Part shown: piece after piece, positions 19,031 to 28,343 of the stretch | Position numbering within the stretch: position 1 is the first letter of the stretch | Layout of the letters: every line of letters begins with the position of its first letter | Assembly (NCBI GenBank): GCA_003225465.1 | Contig: QIAH01000344.1 | Coordinates: forward strand, 144 to 64,143 | From: Acidobacteriota bacterium | GTDB taxonomy: Bacteria > Acidobacteriota > Terriglobia > Terriglobales > Acidobacteriaceae | Reading direction: 5' to 3' | DNA length: 64,000 bases | The notes under the pieces: generated by a model | Database searches by the model: none | Told to the model about the DNA's origin: nothing | What the model saw: only the letters and a program-made list of their open reading frames with translations | Position numbers and translations under genes: made by a program

Positions 19031-19044
19031 AGCTGAGGTGAGCT

Positions 19045-19983
19045 ATGAAATTCGAATTGATCCTTTCCCGTTGCTTCCTGCTCGTGGCCACGGTGTTAGC
19101 CGTGTTCGTTGGCTGTGCTGTGCAATCCGCATCGGCCCAGAAGAAAGAGATTGTGTGGAGCGCGGAAGAGAAGCCGATCGCCGACAAGATTCAGGGCCTG
19201 CGCGGGCTCGCCGATGACGTGCGTGCAGGAACCACCAAGGACCTTGCGCTGAAGATTCGTAAACTGCCATCCACGGAGAATAAGCTCCCGCTCGCGGTCG
19301 GTCTCGCCGGACTATCCACCGAAGGCGATTTCGGGCACGACACGCTGCAGGAAGTGGCGACAACCCTCGCCGAGACTCTGCGCGAACGTCCAGTGCCGTG
19401 GGTGCAACCGGAAAAGTCGGATGCAGACGATAGCGCTCCCACCACACGAACCCCCGCGTATCCGTATGTCGAGTTGGCCACGCTGGTGCGCTACGAGCAT
19501 GTCGAAGCGCCCGTCAATTTCGATGACGAGCAGTATTGTGCCGCCATAGCGCGCCTCGAGGCCGATGACCTCAAGCGCCAGCATCCCGAATTTACGCTGA
19601 CGGATATTACCGGCAAAAAGTGGAAGTTCTCGGATCTTGGCGGCAAGGTTGTGCTGGTGAACTTCTGGGCAACATGGTGCCCGCCATGCCGCAAAGAGAT
19701 GCCGGACTTGGATGCGCTTTACCAGCGCTTTGCGGCGAGGGGTTTCGTGGTGCTCGGCATATCGGATGAGGAAAAACAGAAAGTGGAACCATTTATCCGC
19801 GAGCATAAGGTCTCGTTCCCAGTCTTACTCGATCCCGGTCGCAAAGTGAATGACGCGTTTGTAGTCGAGGGAATTCCGAAAAGCTTCGTCTACGATCGCG
19901 ACGGCAAGCTCGTGGCGCAGTCGATCGATATGCGCACACAAAAGCAATTTCTGGAGATGCTAGGCAAGGCAGGGCTGGAGTAA
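19045..19983 (+). CDS. TlpA-like thiol:disulfide oxidoreductase (thioredoxin fold), secreted
   Basis: Signal-like N-terminus. Carries VLVNFWATWCPPCRKEMPDL, the CxxC active site. Confidence 0.85.
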   Translation: MKFELILSRCFLLVATVLAVFVGCAVQSASAQKKEIVWSAEEKPIADKIQGLRGLADDVRAGTTKDLALKIRKLPSTENKLPLAVGLAGLSTEGDFGHDTLQEVATTLAETLRERPVPWVQPEKSDADDSAPTTRTPAYPYVELATLVRYEHVEAPVNFDDEQYCAAIARLEADDLKRQHPEFTLTDITGKKWKFSDLGGKVVLVNFWATWCPPCRKEMPDLDALYQRFAARGFVVLGISDEEKQKVEPFIREHKVSFPVLLDPGRKVNDAFVVEGIPKSFVYDRDGKLVAQSIDMRTQKQFLEMLGKAGLE

Positions 19984-20039
19984 TAAGGTCAGAGGTTGCA
20001 GGTTCGATATCCGAGGTCAGAACCGCAGCTTACTCGATG

Positions 20040-20187
20040 AGCCAGTCCGCTCGCAGGGAGCGGATGCCGATGCCGCCCGCGTCCGGGCGCTCGCGACCTA
20101 CAAGGATTTCCTCACGCTCTGGAAGACGCCGACCCCGACATCCCCGTCCTGAAGCAAGCCAAGGTGGAGTATGCGAAGCTAAAGTAG
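20040..20187 (+). pseudogene. Orphan C-terminal stub of a TPR/kinase-type protein
   Basis: ALATYKDFLTLWK, then a 1-nt frameshift, then ADPDIPVLKQAKVEYAKLK and a stop. There is no upstream gene body. Confidence 0.4.
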
Positions 20188-20200
20188 CGACTCTCGTGGC

Positions 20201-20965
20201 TCAAGGAATCAGCACGATTTTCCCGGCTAGTCCGCCTCGCTCAAAAATGCGATGTGCCTCTTGAATTTCCTGCAACTTCATCGTGCGAGCAATCGGAATC
20301 GAGAATTCGTCGCGAGCAACATCGTCAGCCAGTTGATGAAGTCGTGTGGCGTCCGGCTGCGCCATGAACGCCTCGACGCGGATGTCGTATTTCTTAGCAC
20401 CCTCTGGTTCGCCGAGCACTGAGCCGAGGACGCCGCCCTTACGGATCGTTTGATCGTTTTGAGTAGCCGCTGAATGGTTATGCCCCCGACCGTGTCGGCA
20501 ATAGCGTCCAGATCGCGCAGGCGCTCAATCTCTTCTTCGCTGTCGATGGCAACAACTCCGTCAACGTTCGATCAATTGAGTGCCCGTGGTGGTGACCAGA
20601 GGAAGTGCGCCAGCTTGCTCGAAACTCAACCCATCGGAGATCGGAGCGAGCACGTCAGCTTTGGCGATCGTGTATTCCGCGTAGCTGCCATTCGCCAGTG
20701 CCATGACACGCATTCACTTCGGAAAACCCTGAACGTTGCGACCCGCTTCCGCAACTTCACCGGAAAGGTCTCTCCCCAAGATTGCTGGAAATTCGATAGA
20801 AAAGCGAGATTTCGCTGCTCCGCTTCGTATTTTGACGTCAATGGGATTGATGCTGGTGGAGTGCATCTTTACGAGCACTTCGTTATCGCCGTATTTCGGC
20901 GGGGGAATTTCGTCGTACCGCAATTGTTCTGAATCACCGTAAGAGTAGAGCAGGGCAGCTTTCAT
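20201..20965 (-). pseudogene. NADPH:quinone oxidoreductase (zinc-ADH/MDR family), frameshifted and shortened
   Basis: The N-terminal piece MKAALLYSYGDSEQLRYDEIP...GRDLSGEVAEAG (20714-20965), the middle piece ALANGSYAEYTIAKADVLAPISDGLSFEQAGALPLV, and the C-terminal piece EAHRIFERGGLAGKIVLIP (20201-20419) are each in a different frame. Confidence 0.75.
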
Positions 20966-21149
20966 AAGACCTTCTCCTCGCTTTGCTGCGAGATACTGAC
21001 TCTCGGAAGTCCTCTTTTTAATCGTGCCAACACGTCAATAGATTCCTGCAAATCTTCTTGACCCAGTCTGTCGTATTCCTAAAACTTGAGTCTCCGTTTA
21101 GGCGATGGGACGCCCAGCGGCACCGAGTCCTGCGCCGTGGCTCGGTGGA

Positions 21150-21893
21150 TCACTTCACTGGTTCCCAGCCCTCCGGCAGCATATCGAAAGCCAGCGTGTC
21201 ACGGTAGGCATACTCATTGCCTTCCCACACTGCTACTGGCGTCAACATGTGCCAGATACGGTCATCATCGAAGACGTAACACTCACCGCATTCGCGCATC
21301 GTGAAGCGATCCATCTCGTGTTTGTCATTGTCCGTTATGACGACTTCGCCACCGCGAGCGCCGCAGCAGCCCAGTAGGTGCGTGGCGATGTACTTTTCCC
21401 CGTCTTTATGCAAGCCCGGTGGACTCGTGTCGCACGGTCGACCCGGCGTAGCCGTGAACCTTATTAGGTGGACGTTGACCAAGTATCTCGTCCCCACCGC
21501 CGAAAGCGGCAGGTAATGAAGGTGGTGAGCGATCATCTTGCGGACGCCCACGGAAGCAGCGATTGCGGGGGACAACGGAGCATACTCTCGCGGCTGACCG
21601 CCTAGTGTCGTATTGTATTTTTTCAATTGCACGTATGGCGTAGTTTCCTCACTCGAGCAAACTTTTACACCGCCATCAACAATCTCGGCCCGGACCCGAT
21701 TTAAGGAACGGAATCTGTCGCCCCCGTCATAGTACTTGTCCTTTGGAATGGACCAAGCCGCGTGAGCTAAAGCTTCCAGCGAGCGGGCTATGTCTACATC
21801 AATCCTGAGCGGCTGACGACTGAACCCGCGCTCAATGAGTTCGTTTCGCGACATGGCACTCTTTGCAACCGGAATAACGTCCTCTTGACTCAT
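21150..21893 (-). CDS. 2OG-Fe dioxygenase family protein (PF10014-like, amino-acid hydroxylase type)
   Basis: ATG at 21893 follows AGGAG. The GLHKDG HxD motif and overall pattern resemble the 2OG-Fe_Oxy_2 family, from memory. Confidence 0.75.
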   Translation of the reverse strand: MSQEDVIPVAKSAMSRNELIERGFSRQPLRIDVDIARSLEALAHAAWSIPKDKYYDGGDRFRSLNRVRAEIVDGGVKVCSSEETTPYVQLKKYNTTLGGQPREYAPLSPAIAASVGVRKMIAHHLHYLPLSAVGTRYLVNVHLIRFTATPGRPCDTSPPGLHKDGEKYIATHLLGCCGARGGEVVITDNDKHEMDRFTMRECGECYVFDDDRIWHMLTPVAVWEGNEYAYRDTLAFDMLPEGWEPVK

Positions 21894-22029
21894 GATTGCT
21901 CCTGACAATTGATTGACGATCGCATGACCGCGAACTCTCCCTTATCTTTCGGTGGCAGCGAATCGACAGACACCAAGCTTTCATTAAACCGGACCACCGA
22001 GGCCAAGCAGCAGGCTCGTCAAGTCACCG

Positions 22030-22245
22030 TCAGATTGTTACGACATCAACGTGACCCACCTCGCGAGTGCTCTCCGGTCGAACGCGGACGATCCGATATC
22101 CTCCAATGTCGTCTCCGACATTCAGCCGATGGGTATCAAGCACTGTTGCTCGACTGATCTCCTTGCCGGTGGTGGCATCGTATAGGACTAGCTGATAAGT
22201 ACGGTCATCGCCTGTCATGGCAAACCCAAAGACGAAGTTGGACAC
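22030..22245 (-). CDS. Hypothetical 71-aa protein
   Basis: ATG ORF 120 bp upstream of the dioxygenase on the same strand. Beta-rich composition. Confidence 0.4.
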   Translation of the reverse strand: MSNFVFGFAMTGDDRTYQLVLYDATTGKEISRATVLDTHRLNVGDDIGGYRIVRVRPESTREVGHVDVVTI

Positions 22246-22742
22246 AGCGGTCTGTCATCTGGCTCACAGTTTGGCGCGCCATCCGCAGTGGCTTTATTAT
22301 CGGCCCTTGCTGATGGGGGGAAGTCCCCCCTCCAAGGCGGTAACACGCAAGGATGATACTCCCAAGCGATCTAGGTAGGTTTTCCTCTATTCGTGCCGGT
22401 GTTCGAGAATCGCGCCGAGGAGCACCCCGACGAAGGTCGGTGGTATATGCCTATCCATTCAAGGCAGACCATCAGTGCACTCCAGAAAAGACCTATCCGC
22501 CACAGCCTCTGATCAAATGTCAGCGTTCTCTTTCTCTCGTCGATAGTTGGCGATAAATCCCCATACATACACTGACATTGCGTTCAGACTCGGCCCCTCG
22601 CATACGACATGCGGACGCTGATGGGACACTTTGAGGCGACAGAATTGCTGATCCAGTCGAATGTCCTCAGCCCACGTGCCCTCGGTAGCCCAGCTATGCT
22701 CCAGACAGCCCACTGGCTTGGGGTCAAAAGAAGGAAACATCT

Positions 22743-22943
22743 ATGAATTCCTACGAGTCAAACTACTTCCTGGCTGCTGCCAACGTTCTTTTGTTGGCGG
22801 GTTACAGCATTCGCGAAGTTCTGTGGCTTCGATTGCTCGCGGTGGCGTCCTCGCTGATTGCGATTCCCTATTACGCCCTGCAACCGATGCCACTGTGGCC
22901 ACCGATACTTTGGAACATCGTTTTTGCCGCGATTAACTTGTTG
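22743..22943 (+). pseudogene. N-terminal membrane half of a Popeye-like cNMP-binding membrane protein
   Basis: LLLAGYSIREVLWLRLLAVASSLIAIPYYALQPMPLWPPILWNIVFAAINLL. The homology stops at ~22943, and the ORF then reads antisense into the cNMP fragment. Confidence 0.5.
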
Positions 22944-23151
22944 GTTCCCCCACAACCGCGTCCACGTCAGCAGGTGCACCGGTCATAAGTAGGGTTGAGC
23001 CGACAATGTCGCCCGCAACCAGGTCGACGATGATGCGTTCGTCTCTCGACACGCGTACTCTCCCACTGATAATCAGCGAGAGCGTGTCGATATGCTTACC
23101 ACGTTCTATCAGTCGCTCACCCGCTTCGTCGTTGGTCCAAATTCCGATATA
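22933..23151 (-). pseudogene. cNMP-binding domain fragment, inverted relative to its membrane half
   Basis: The minus-strand open frame has no start: IWTNDEAGERLIERGKHIDTLSLIISGRVRVSRDERIIVDLVAGDIVGSTLLMTGAPADVDAVVGEPTS, then a stop. Confidence 0.55.
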
Positions 23152-23703
23152 TTAAAAACTTGAAGTACCTTTCGATGAGACAAGTCGGAGAAGGCCACTG
23201 CACCGTTGTGAGCATGGAACTACTGCACTTTTCCTACAGTCACACTTCATCTCTCGTACGCGGGCCCTTTCGGATATCCACTGCATTACAGAGTGGCATT
23301 CACTTTCTCCCTCACGCACGTGGGCACGTTGCTCCGATCGCTTGCTCTGCAGTTCCACGGTTAGCCTGCGCCGGAGTTCATTGAGTTTGAGAGGCTTCTC
23401 AAAGTACGCAACGGCACCAAGGTTTTCGCAGTGGTCCTTATATTTCGCCCCCGTCTCTCCCGTGATAACAAGGACCGGAATCATAGACCTGTAGCTCAGG
23501 GAGCGAAAGCTCTGGCATAGTTCGAATCCGGAGAACTTCGGCATCATGAGGTCCAAAAGAATCGCATCCGGCTTGTGTTCCAGAGCCAGCCCCAGAGCTT
23601 GTTCCGGGTCTTGCGTGTCGATGACCTCGTAGCCTTCGGACAAGCAGGCTCGCAGCAGATCGCACGTCGCCTTATCATCGTCCACGATCAGGATATTGTG
23701 CAC
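23152..23703 (-). CDS. Single-domain response regulator (receiver) with a read-through tail
   Basis: GTG at 23703 follows GGAGG and gives MHNILIVDDD...DAILLDLMMP...VLVITG...YFEKPL. The ~60 aa after the receiver domain look like read-through into rearranged DNA. Confidence 0.75.
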   Translation of the reverse strand: MHNILIVDDDKATCDLLRACLSEGYEVIDTQDPEQALGLALEHKPDAILLDLMMPKFSGFELCQSFRSLSYRSMIPVLVITGETGAKYKDHCENLGAVAYFEKPLKLNELRRRLTVELQSKRSEQRAHVREGESECHSVMQWISERARVREMKCDCRKSAVVPCSQRCSGLLRLVSSKGTSSF

Positions 23704-23807
23704 CCACACCTCCACCTGAAACAACTTGCGCCGCCGATTGGAAACATTTGCCCCTGGTCTGCTACGCCACGCGAACTTCTCTGGTGGAGCAGGATGAGAC
23801 CCGTTGT

Positions 23808-24608
23808 TTACCCCCTCGATGCTTTCGGTTTGCCCACAATCTGCGTGACGGTGTGAATCAAAGCTACAGAATCGTCTTCGAGTAGTTTGTCCGACTTTTC
23901 CACGCAAGCTGCGGCGCCCTCATTTAATAGCTCGTCCTTGGTTGGTTCTGAAAGTGCCGCGAGGACGATCACGGGAATGCTCTTTGTGATGGCATCCCTC
24001 TTCAGCGCTTTAAGTACGTCGAGGCCTGAGATTGTCGGTAACACGAGGTCCAAGAGAATCAAATCAGGTAGCGTCTCGCGCGCTGTACGTAGACCCGCCT
24101 CTCCGTCGTTCGCGGTGTGGACGGTGTATCCCGCTCCGGTAAGTGCTCTCTGAACTGCGACTCGCATGAATTTGCTGTCCGCGATAAGAAGGGTTTCTCG
24201 ATTCTTATCTAATAGCGATCTGACGGTACGAGCCAAGGCGTCGAAACTGAATGGTTTTTGCAGGAATTTTGCGTAACCTATCGCTTCGCGGTCTAACGGG
24301 CGGTCTGTGTATCCGGACACAAGAACAACGGAAAGCGCTGGCCGCAGTTCTAGTGCGGATTTGGCCAGTTCCAATCCTCCCAAGCCAGGCATCACGATGT
24401 CTGTGATTAACACGTGAATCGGGCGATCATAGCTCTGGAAAATCTTCATCGCTTCCTTCGCATTGCCAGCCTCCAACACGGCGTAACCCTTGGATTCCAG
24501 GTACACTCGGCATACATTGCGGAGAACGGCCTCGTCCTCCACCAAGAGAATTGTCTCAGTCCCTGCGGATGGTGCCTGGGCTGGTTGAAGGCTCTCGTCG
24601 GAATCCAC
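23808..24608 (-). CDS. Two tandem receiver domains (C-terminal part of a hybrid sensor kinase)
   Basis: The first receiver is ILLVEDE...VLITDIVMPGLGG...VVLVSGY...FLQKPF. The second is TLLIADS...ILLDLVLP...VIVLAAL. Confidence 0.8.
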   Translation of the reverse strand: MDSDESLQPAQAPSAGTETILLVEDEAVLRNVCRVYLESKGYAVLEAGNAKEAMKIFQSYDRPIHVLITDIVMPGLGGLELAKSALELRPALSVVLVSGYTDRPLDREAIGYAKFLQKPFSFDALARTVRSLLDKNRETLLIADSKFMRVAVQRALTGAGYTVHTANDGEAGLRTARETLPDLILLDLVLPTISGLDVLKALKRDAITKSIPVIVLAALSEPTKDELLNEGAAACVEKSDKLLEDDSVALIHTVTQIVGKPKASRG

Positions 24609-25429
24609 ACCAGCATCGACACGGGGAAGTAAATCTTGAAAATGCTGCCTTTGCCCGGTTCACTGTAAACCCAGATAAATCCGTTACTCTGCTTCGCAAT
24701 TCCGTAGACCGTCGCCAAACCCAGCCCCGTGCCTTTTCCTGCTTCTTTGGTCGTATAGAACGGTTCGAAGATATGAACTTGAGTCGCGGCGTCCATGCCG
24801 ATGCCTGTATCGCTGACCGCCAACAGGACGTACTGCCCCGGCGGAACTACGACCCCTTGGTAGTAAGAAGCGTCCAGTGCTACGTTACTCGTCGCGATGG
24901 TGAGACGCCCACCTTTTAGCATGGCATCCCTTGCGTTCACCGCCAAGTTCATGATGACCTGCTCAATCTGACCTCGATCAGCCCGCACTGTACCGAGCTG
25001 AAGATCGAGCTCCATCACTGTTTCGACATCTTCTCCGAGCAAACGAGGCAACATTTTCGCTAGGTCCTTCACTACGTAGCTAAGATCAAGGACAGTCGGT
25101 TCGAGCACTTGTTTCCGACTGAAAGCCAACAGTTGGCGAGTCACCGTCGCGGCTTTGGAGCTAGCATCTTGGATGCGGGTGGCGTATTCAGCTACCTTCT
25201 TAGGGTCAGCAGAGGACTCGTCCAGAAGCTGTGCGTACCCGCTGATAATCATGAGCAGGTTGTTGAAATCGTGGGCAACTCCGCCCTCTAATCGGCCAAC
25301 GGCTTCCATCTTTTGGGCGTGTTCAAACTGCTTCTGGAGAGATCGATGTGCGGTAATATCCTCAACAAAGACTTCGAACCCGCCTGGAAGCTCGTCATCA
25401 TCTGGCAGGCGCCGCCCACCGAGTCGCAC
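24446..25429 (-). pseudogene. Histidine kinase core (PAS tail-HisKA-HATPase), 5'-truncated and frameshifted from its receiver domains
   Basis: Motifs AHDFNNLL, NLAVNARDAM, DTGIGMD and GTGLGLATVYGI...GKGSIFKIYFP. The frame is open upstream to ~25520 without a start. The last 58 aa of the ORF are out-of-frame junk. Confidence 0.7.
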
Positions 25430-26058
25430 TGTTATCGTTTTTCCATCTTTACGCTTCCAGTTGGTCGGGGTTGCGGTTCCGCAAGCAAATGTGCAGAACG
25501 TTCCCGGACAGCGTCAGGCTGGCACTGGAGTGGGAACTGGGATTGGGGCCGCGACCCAGCAGCAACGGGTGGTTAACGGCAAACCGTCAACAGCAGCGCC
25601 CTTGCAAAGCACGCCAACATCGGCAGTCAATAGTGCGGCGATGAAAACTGCCATGCCCACCACAATGAAAACCCCAATGAGCACACCGGCGAGAGCTCAG
25701 ACTGCACCTGTCGTGGCAAACAAGCCGAATCCGGCTACGCCTGCCGTCAAGTCGGCAACAGCCGCTCCGCAAAAGAAAGTACTGGCAACCGCGACGACCA
25801 CAAGTAAATAGAACTGCACAACAATTGGCGCACGCCTCATGGCGTGCGCCAGAAGAAAATAGATCAGACCACAAGTAACGGGTACATCGATTCCGATGAA
25901 GAGGCCTTGAATCGTCTTCTTGCACGTACAGAGAAGTGAGAAGAGCAGCCCACATCTTCCACTGCAAGAAACGATCCACGCGTCTTAAGCACAACGCGAA
26001 TGATTTGCGAGCAGGGGCTGTTCTGCGTTCAACCGTAGACGGGGAAGCATGTTCTCAG

Positions 26059-26456
26059 CTAGCGCGCCTTCAAAGCGTTTCTGCCAAAAATGTAGAGCGT
26101 AGAGTCTCGGTACTCAGCGATATGACGCCGTTTCAAGTTCGCGAGGAGACGCGACACGTTTTCCGACACGAGCCGATCATCTGGGCAATTTCCTCATGGG
26201 TGACTGGAAGCCTGACGCCGGACTGGAGTCCGTTAGACTCACCATCCTTCTCACTCCAGTCCAGCACGAGAGTGGGACTAATCGCCGCAGCAAAACAAAA
26301 ATCGCCGCACCCACAGGGGCAACCTTCGAATTCGGCAGCTTGTCTGTGAGAAATACTATGCGCCCACACGAGGGCATCCGGCTTCTCATACGTCGCCACT
26401 ACCTGTCCTCGCCTGTTGAAAAAGCAGATCGGCACCCTGCGCCGCAGTGAGATCAT
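26059..26456 (-). pseudogene. Crp/Fnr-family transcription regulator remnant (C-terminal HTH part)
   Basis: RLPVTHEEIAQMIG, then a frameshift, then VSENVSRLLANLKRRHIAEYRDSTLYIFGRNALKAR and a stop. The N-terminal cNMP domain is missing or overlapped by the next gene. Confidence 0.6.
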
Positions 26457-27300
26457 CCCGGACGCGACGGAACCTACTGCGCTCCATTTTCTCCTGCACG
26501 GTGATGGTTTTGAAGAAAAGCGCTCTGCCCTTCAGATCTACATTCAGCACGGTCAATTCCCAATAACCCGGTTGAACTTCTTCCTGCTTCACGTAAAAAT
26601 GCCCACCCGCATCCAAATGCCCCAATAACCCACCGCCGAAATTCACCGGCTGCGTGAGATTTCCAGAGATTTCCGCTAGCCGCTTTTGTTTTGCATTGAC
26701 CCACAGCGTGCCTTCCATGGCATGAAAGGCGGCGGCCTCGTGCGATGGTGGCCGGAAATGTGGATTTGGCTGGAACTTCATTTCTTGAAGGTCTCCGCGC
26801 CGTTCGCCGTAGTCAAAAACGAATGCGTCCGGCAGCATCTTCAAGAGGCGCTGGCTTCGTGCCATGTCCTGCTTTTTTTCTCGTTGCGACCTTTGCAACT
26901 CGGTAGGATTGCTTACTAGGCGCTGGACACCTCGCTCTCGCTCATGCTGTTGCTCCTCCGGAAGAGGTTTTCCGTTCACAGAAATTAACCAATCCAGATC
27001 TCCATCCCTGGTCTCGACTACTTCCCTTACTTCGGCTTTTCCCGATTTCTGTGTCTCTAGGCGCAGCATCCAATGACTGTGATCATTTCGTTCGGCTTGC
27101 AATTCGTTCTCGATGATCTGGCCTACAAACTCATTCGCCGGCAGTTGCTCATTTGAAGTCTGCGATCCGCTCAGGGAGGCAAACAGTAAACCGACCAGTG
27201 CGAGAACTGTAGTGATTCTAACCACAATTATTCGACGAATAACCGATCCGACAGGTTGTTCCCAGTCTGTGGAAGCGGCCAGGTTTTTCCGAATAAGCAC
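26386..27300 (-). CDS. Hypothetical exported protein (304 aa)
   Basis: Long ORF with an N-terminal hydrophobic segment ITTVLALVGLLFASL. The start codon is uncertain (GTG 27300 or an internal GTG). Confidence 0.7.
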   Translation of the reverse strand: MLIRKNLAASTDWEQPVGSVIRRIIVVRITTVLALVGLLFASLSGSQTSNEQLPANEFVGQIIENELQAERNDHSHWMLRLETQKSGKAEVREVVETRDGDLDWLISVNGKPLPEEQQHERERGVQRLVSNPTELQRSQREKKQDMARSQRLLKMLPDAFVFDYGERRGDLQEMKFQPNPHFRPPSHEAAAFHAMEGTLWVNAKQKRLAEISGNLTQPVNFGGGLLGHLDAGGHFYVKQEEVQPGYWELTVLNVDLKGRALFFKTITVQEKMERSRFRRVRDDLTAAQGADLLFQQARTGSGDV

Positions 27301-27505
27301 CGCTCTGGTTGATCGGGCGCTCGGAAATTGGTCAATGCATTATTAAAGAGCGCCCTGCTTGATGCAGCCGAAAGCATGACGTCGAGTTTCGTGGATTGCC
27401 AACTGTGGAATCAGCTCGCTGCACTGGCTTCGGATGCTCATTCTTTGAAATGCTAGGCAGGTCGGAGAAGACATGCTTCTGAACAGCTCACACTATTCGG
27501 CGTCC

Positions 27506-27966
27506 TCAGGCAAGTTCCAGCGGAGACCCAGGAGTGCTCTTTCGTGCTCCTAGCATTGCTTTGGTGACCTCATCGGTCTGCACAATCTTGGCGGTCAGCA
27601 TCGCCAGTAACTCCTGCATGCCTGAGGTTGCTCGTGAAGCAGCGCCTTCGCTTCAGAAGACACAAATCCCAGTTCAGCGTTATCGGCAACAGTGGCTGTC
27701 ATGCTGTAGGTGCGCCCTGTAGGTGCTCCCTGTCAGAGTTGCAGGCAAGCCGATCAGGGCGCCGGGTCCGTAGGTTTTGTTCAGCGGGCTGGAATCGTCA
27801 ACTCCAAAATCTAAGCTGAAACCCTGCCTCTCAGAACGAGGAACATGCCAAAAGATGCTTCCCCGTCTGAAGAGAACTGTGTGACGGATCTTCCGAACTT
27901 TTTTCGGAGCACTGCAGGGTAGTGCCCTCAAGTGCCTTTAAGTGTGCTGGAGCGGAGTAGCGTGGC
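27506..27966 (-). pseudogene. Degraded paralog of the cNMP-binding gene at 13172-13615
   Basis: Nucleotide-level similarity by eye over ~530 bp. Several indels, including a 13-nt local duplication (GTAGGTGCGCCCT/GTAGGTGCTCCCT). The start codon is lost. Confidence 0.75.
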
Positions 27967-27995
27967 CGTCGCTGCACTCCAATACAAAGCTTGAT

Positions 27996-28333
27996 CTATT
28001 CGGGATGGAAGTTGAGGATGACCAGTTCTTTGGTTTCGTGAGGAGCAACTTCCCACTTGCACCTCCGGACGGCGTCGAGACCGGCTTGAGTAGGACCGGG
28101 TGTCCGCCGAGAACTTCGGCGGACTTCACGTTGCCGGTCGGCGCTACGAGCGCTTCGATTTTCACAGATCCGGCAATGCCCATTTTTTGGGCCAGGAACG
28201 GGTAGATCGGAACGACCTTGTTCACCATTTTGCGTCGACTCTCGACTTGGTCCTGCTGGCCGTAAGCAGGGAGGTGCGAGAGCATCCCCGCAGCAAAGAG
28301 GAGTAGGAACGTGATGGCGGCCCAGCGTCTCAT
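27996..28333 (-). pseudogene. TonB C-terminal-domain protein with a 3' frameshift
   Basis: Signal-like N-terminus. PIYPFLAQKMGIAGSVKIEALVAPTGNVKSAEVLGGHPVLLK is followed, after a 1-nt shift, by AGLDAVRRCKWEVAPHETKELVILNFHPE and a stop. Confidence 0.6.
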
Positions 28334-28343
28334 CGATGGGTGG

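Noticed and set aside
23486-23535. tRNA-like words (GTAGCTCAGGGAGC ... GTTCGAATCC). Also GTTCGAATCCTGCCC at 9069-9085.
   Set aside because: The first is too short to fold into a cloverleaf and lies inside the response-regulator coding sequence. The second lacks the complementary T-stem and the rest of a tRNA. It could be an old att/tRNA 3' remnant, but that cannot be supported from one 15-mer.
25155-25811. 218-aa plus-strand ORF, and the 135-aa minus ORF at 25587-25994
   Set aside because: The first two thirds are antisense to the histidine-kinase core, and the non-overlapping tail is low-complexity A/T/P/K. The minus strand in 25600-25900 shows hydrophobic TM-like stretches in two frames but no start codon. 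At best it is another unassignable remnant.
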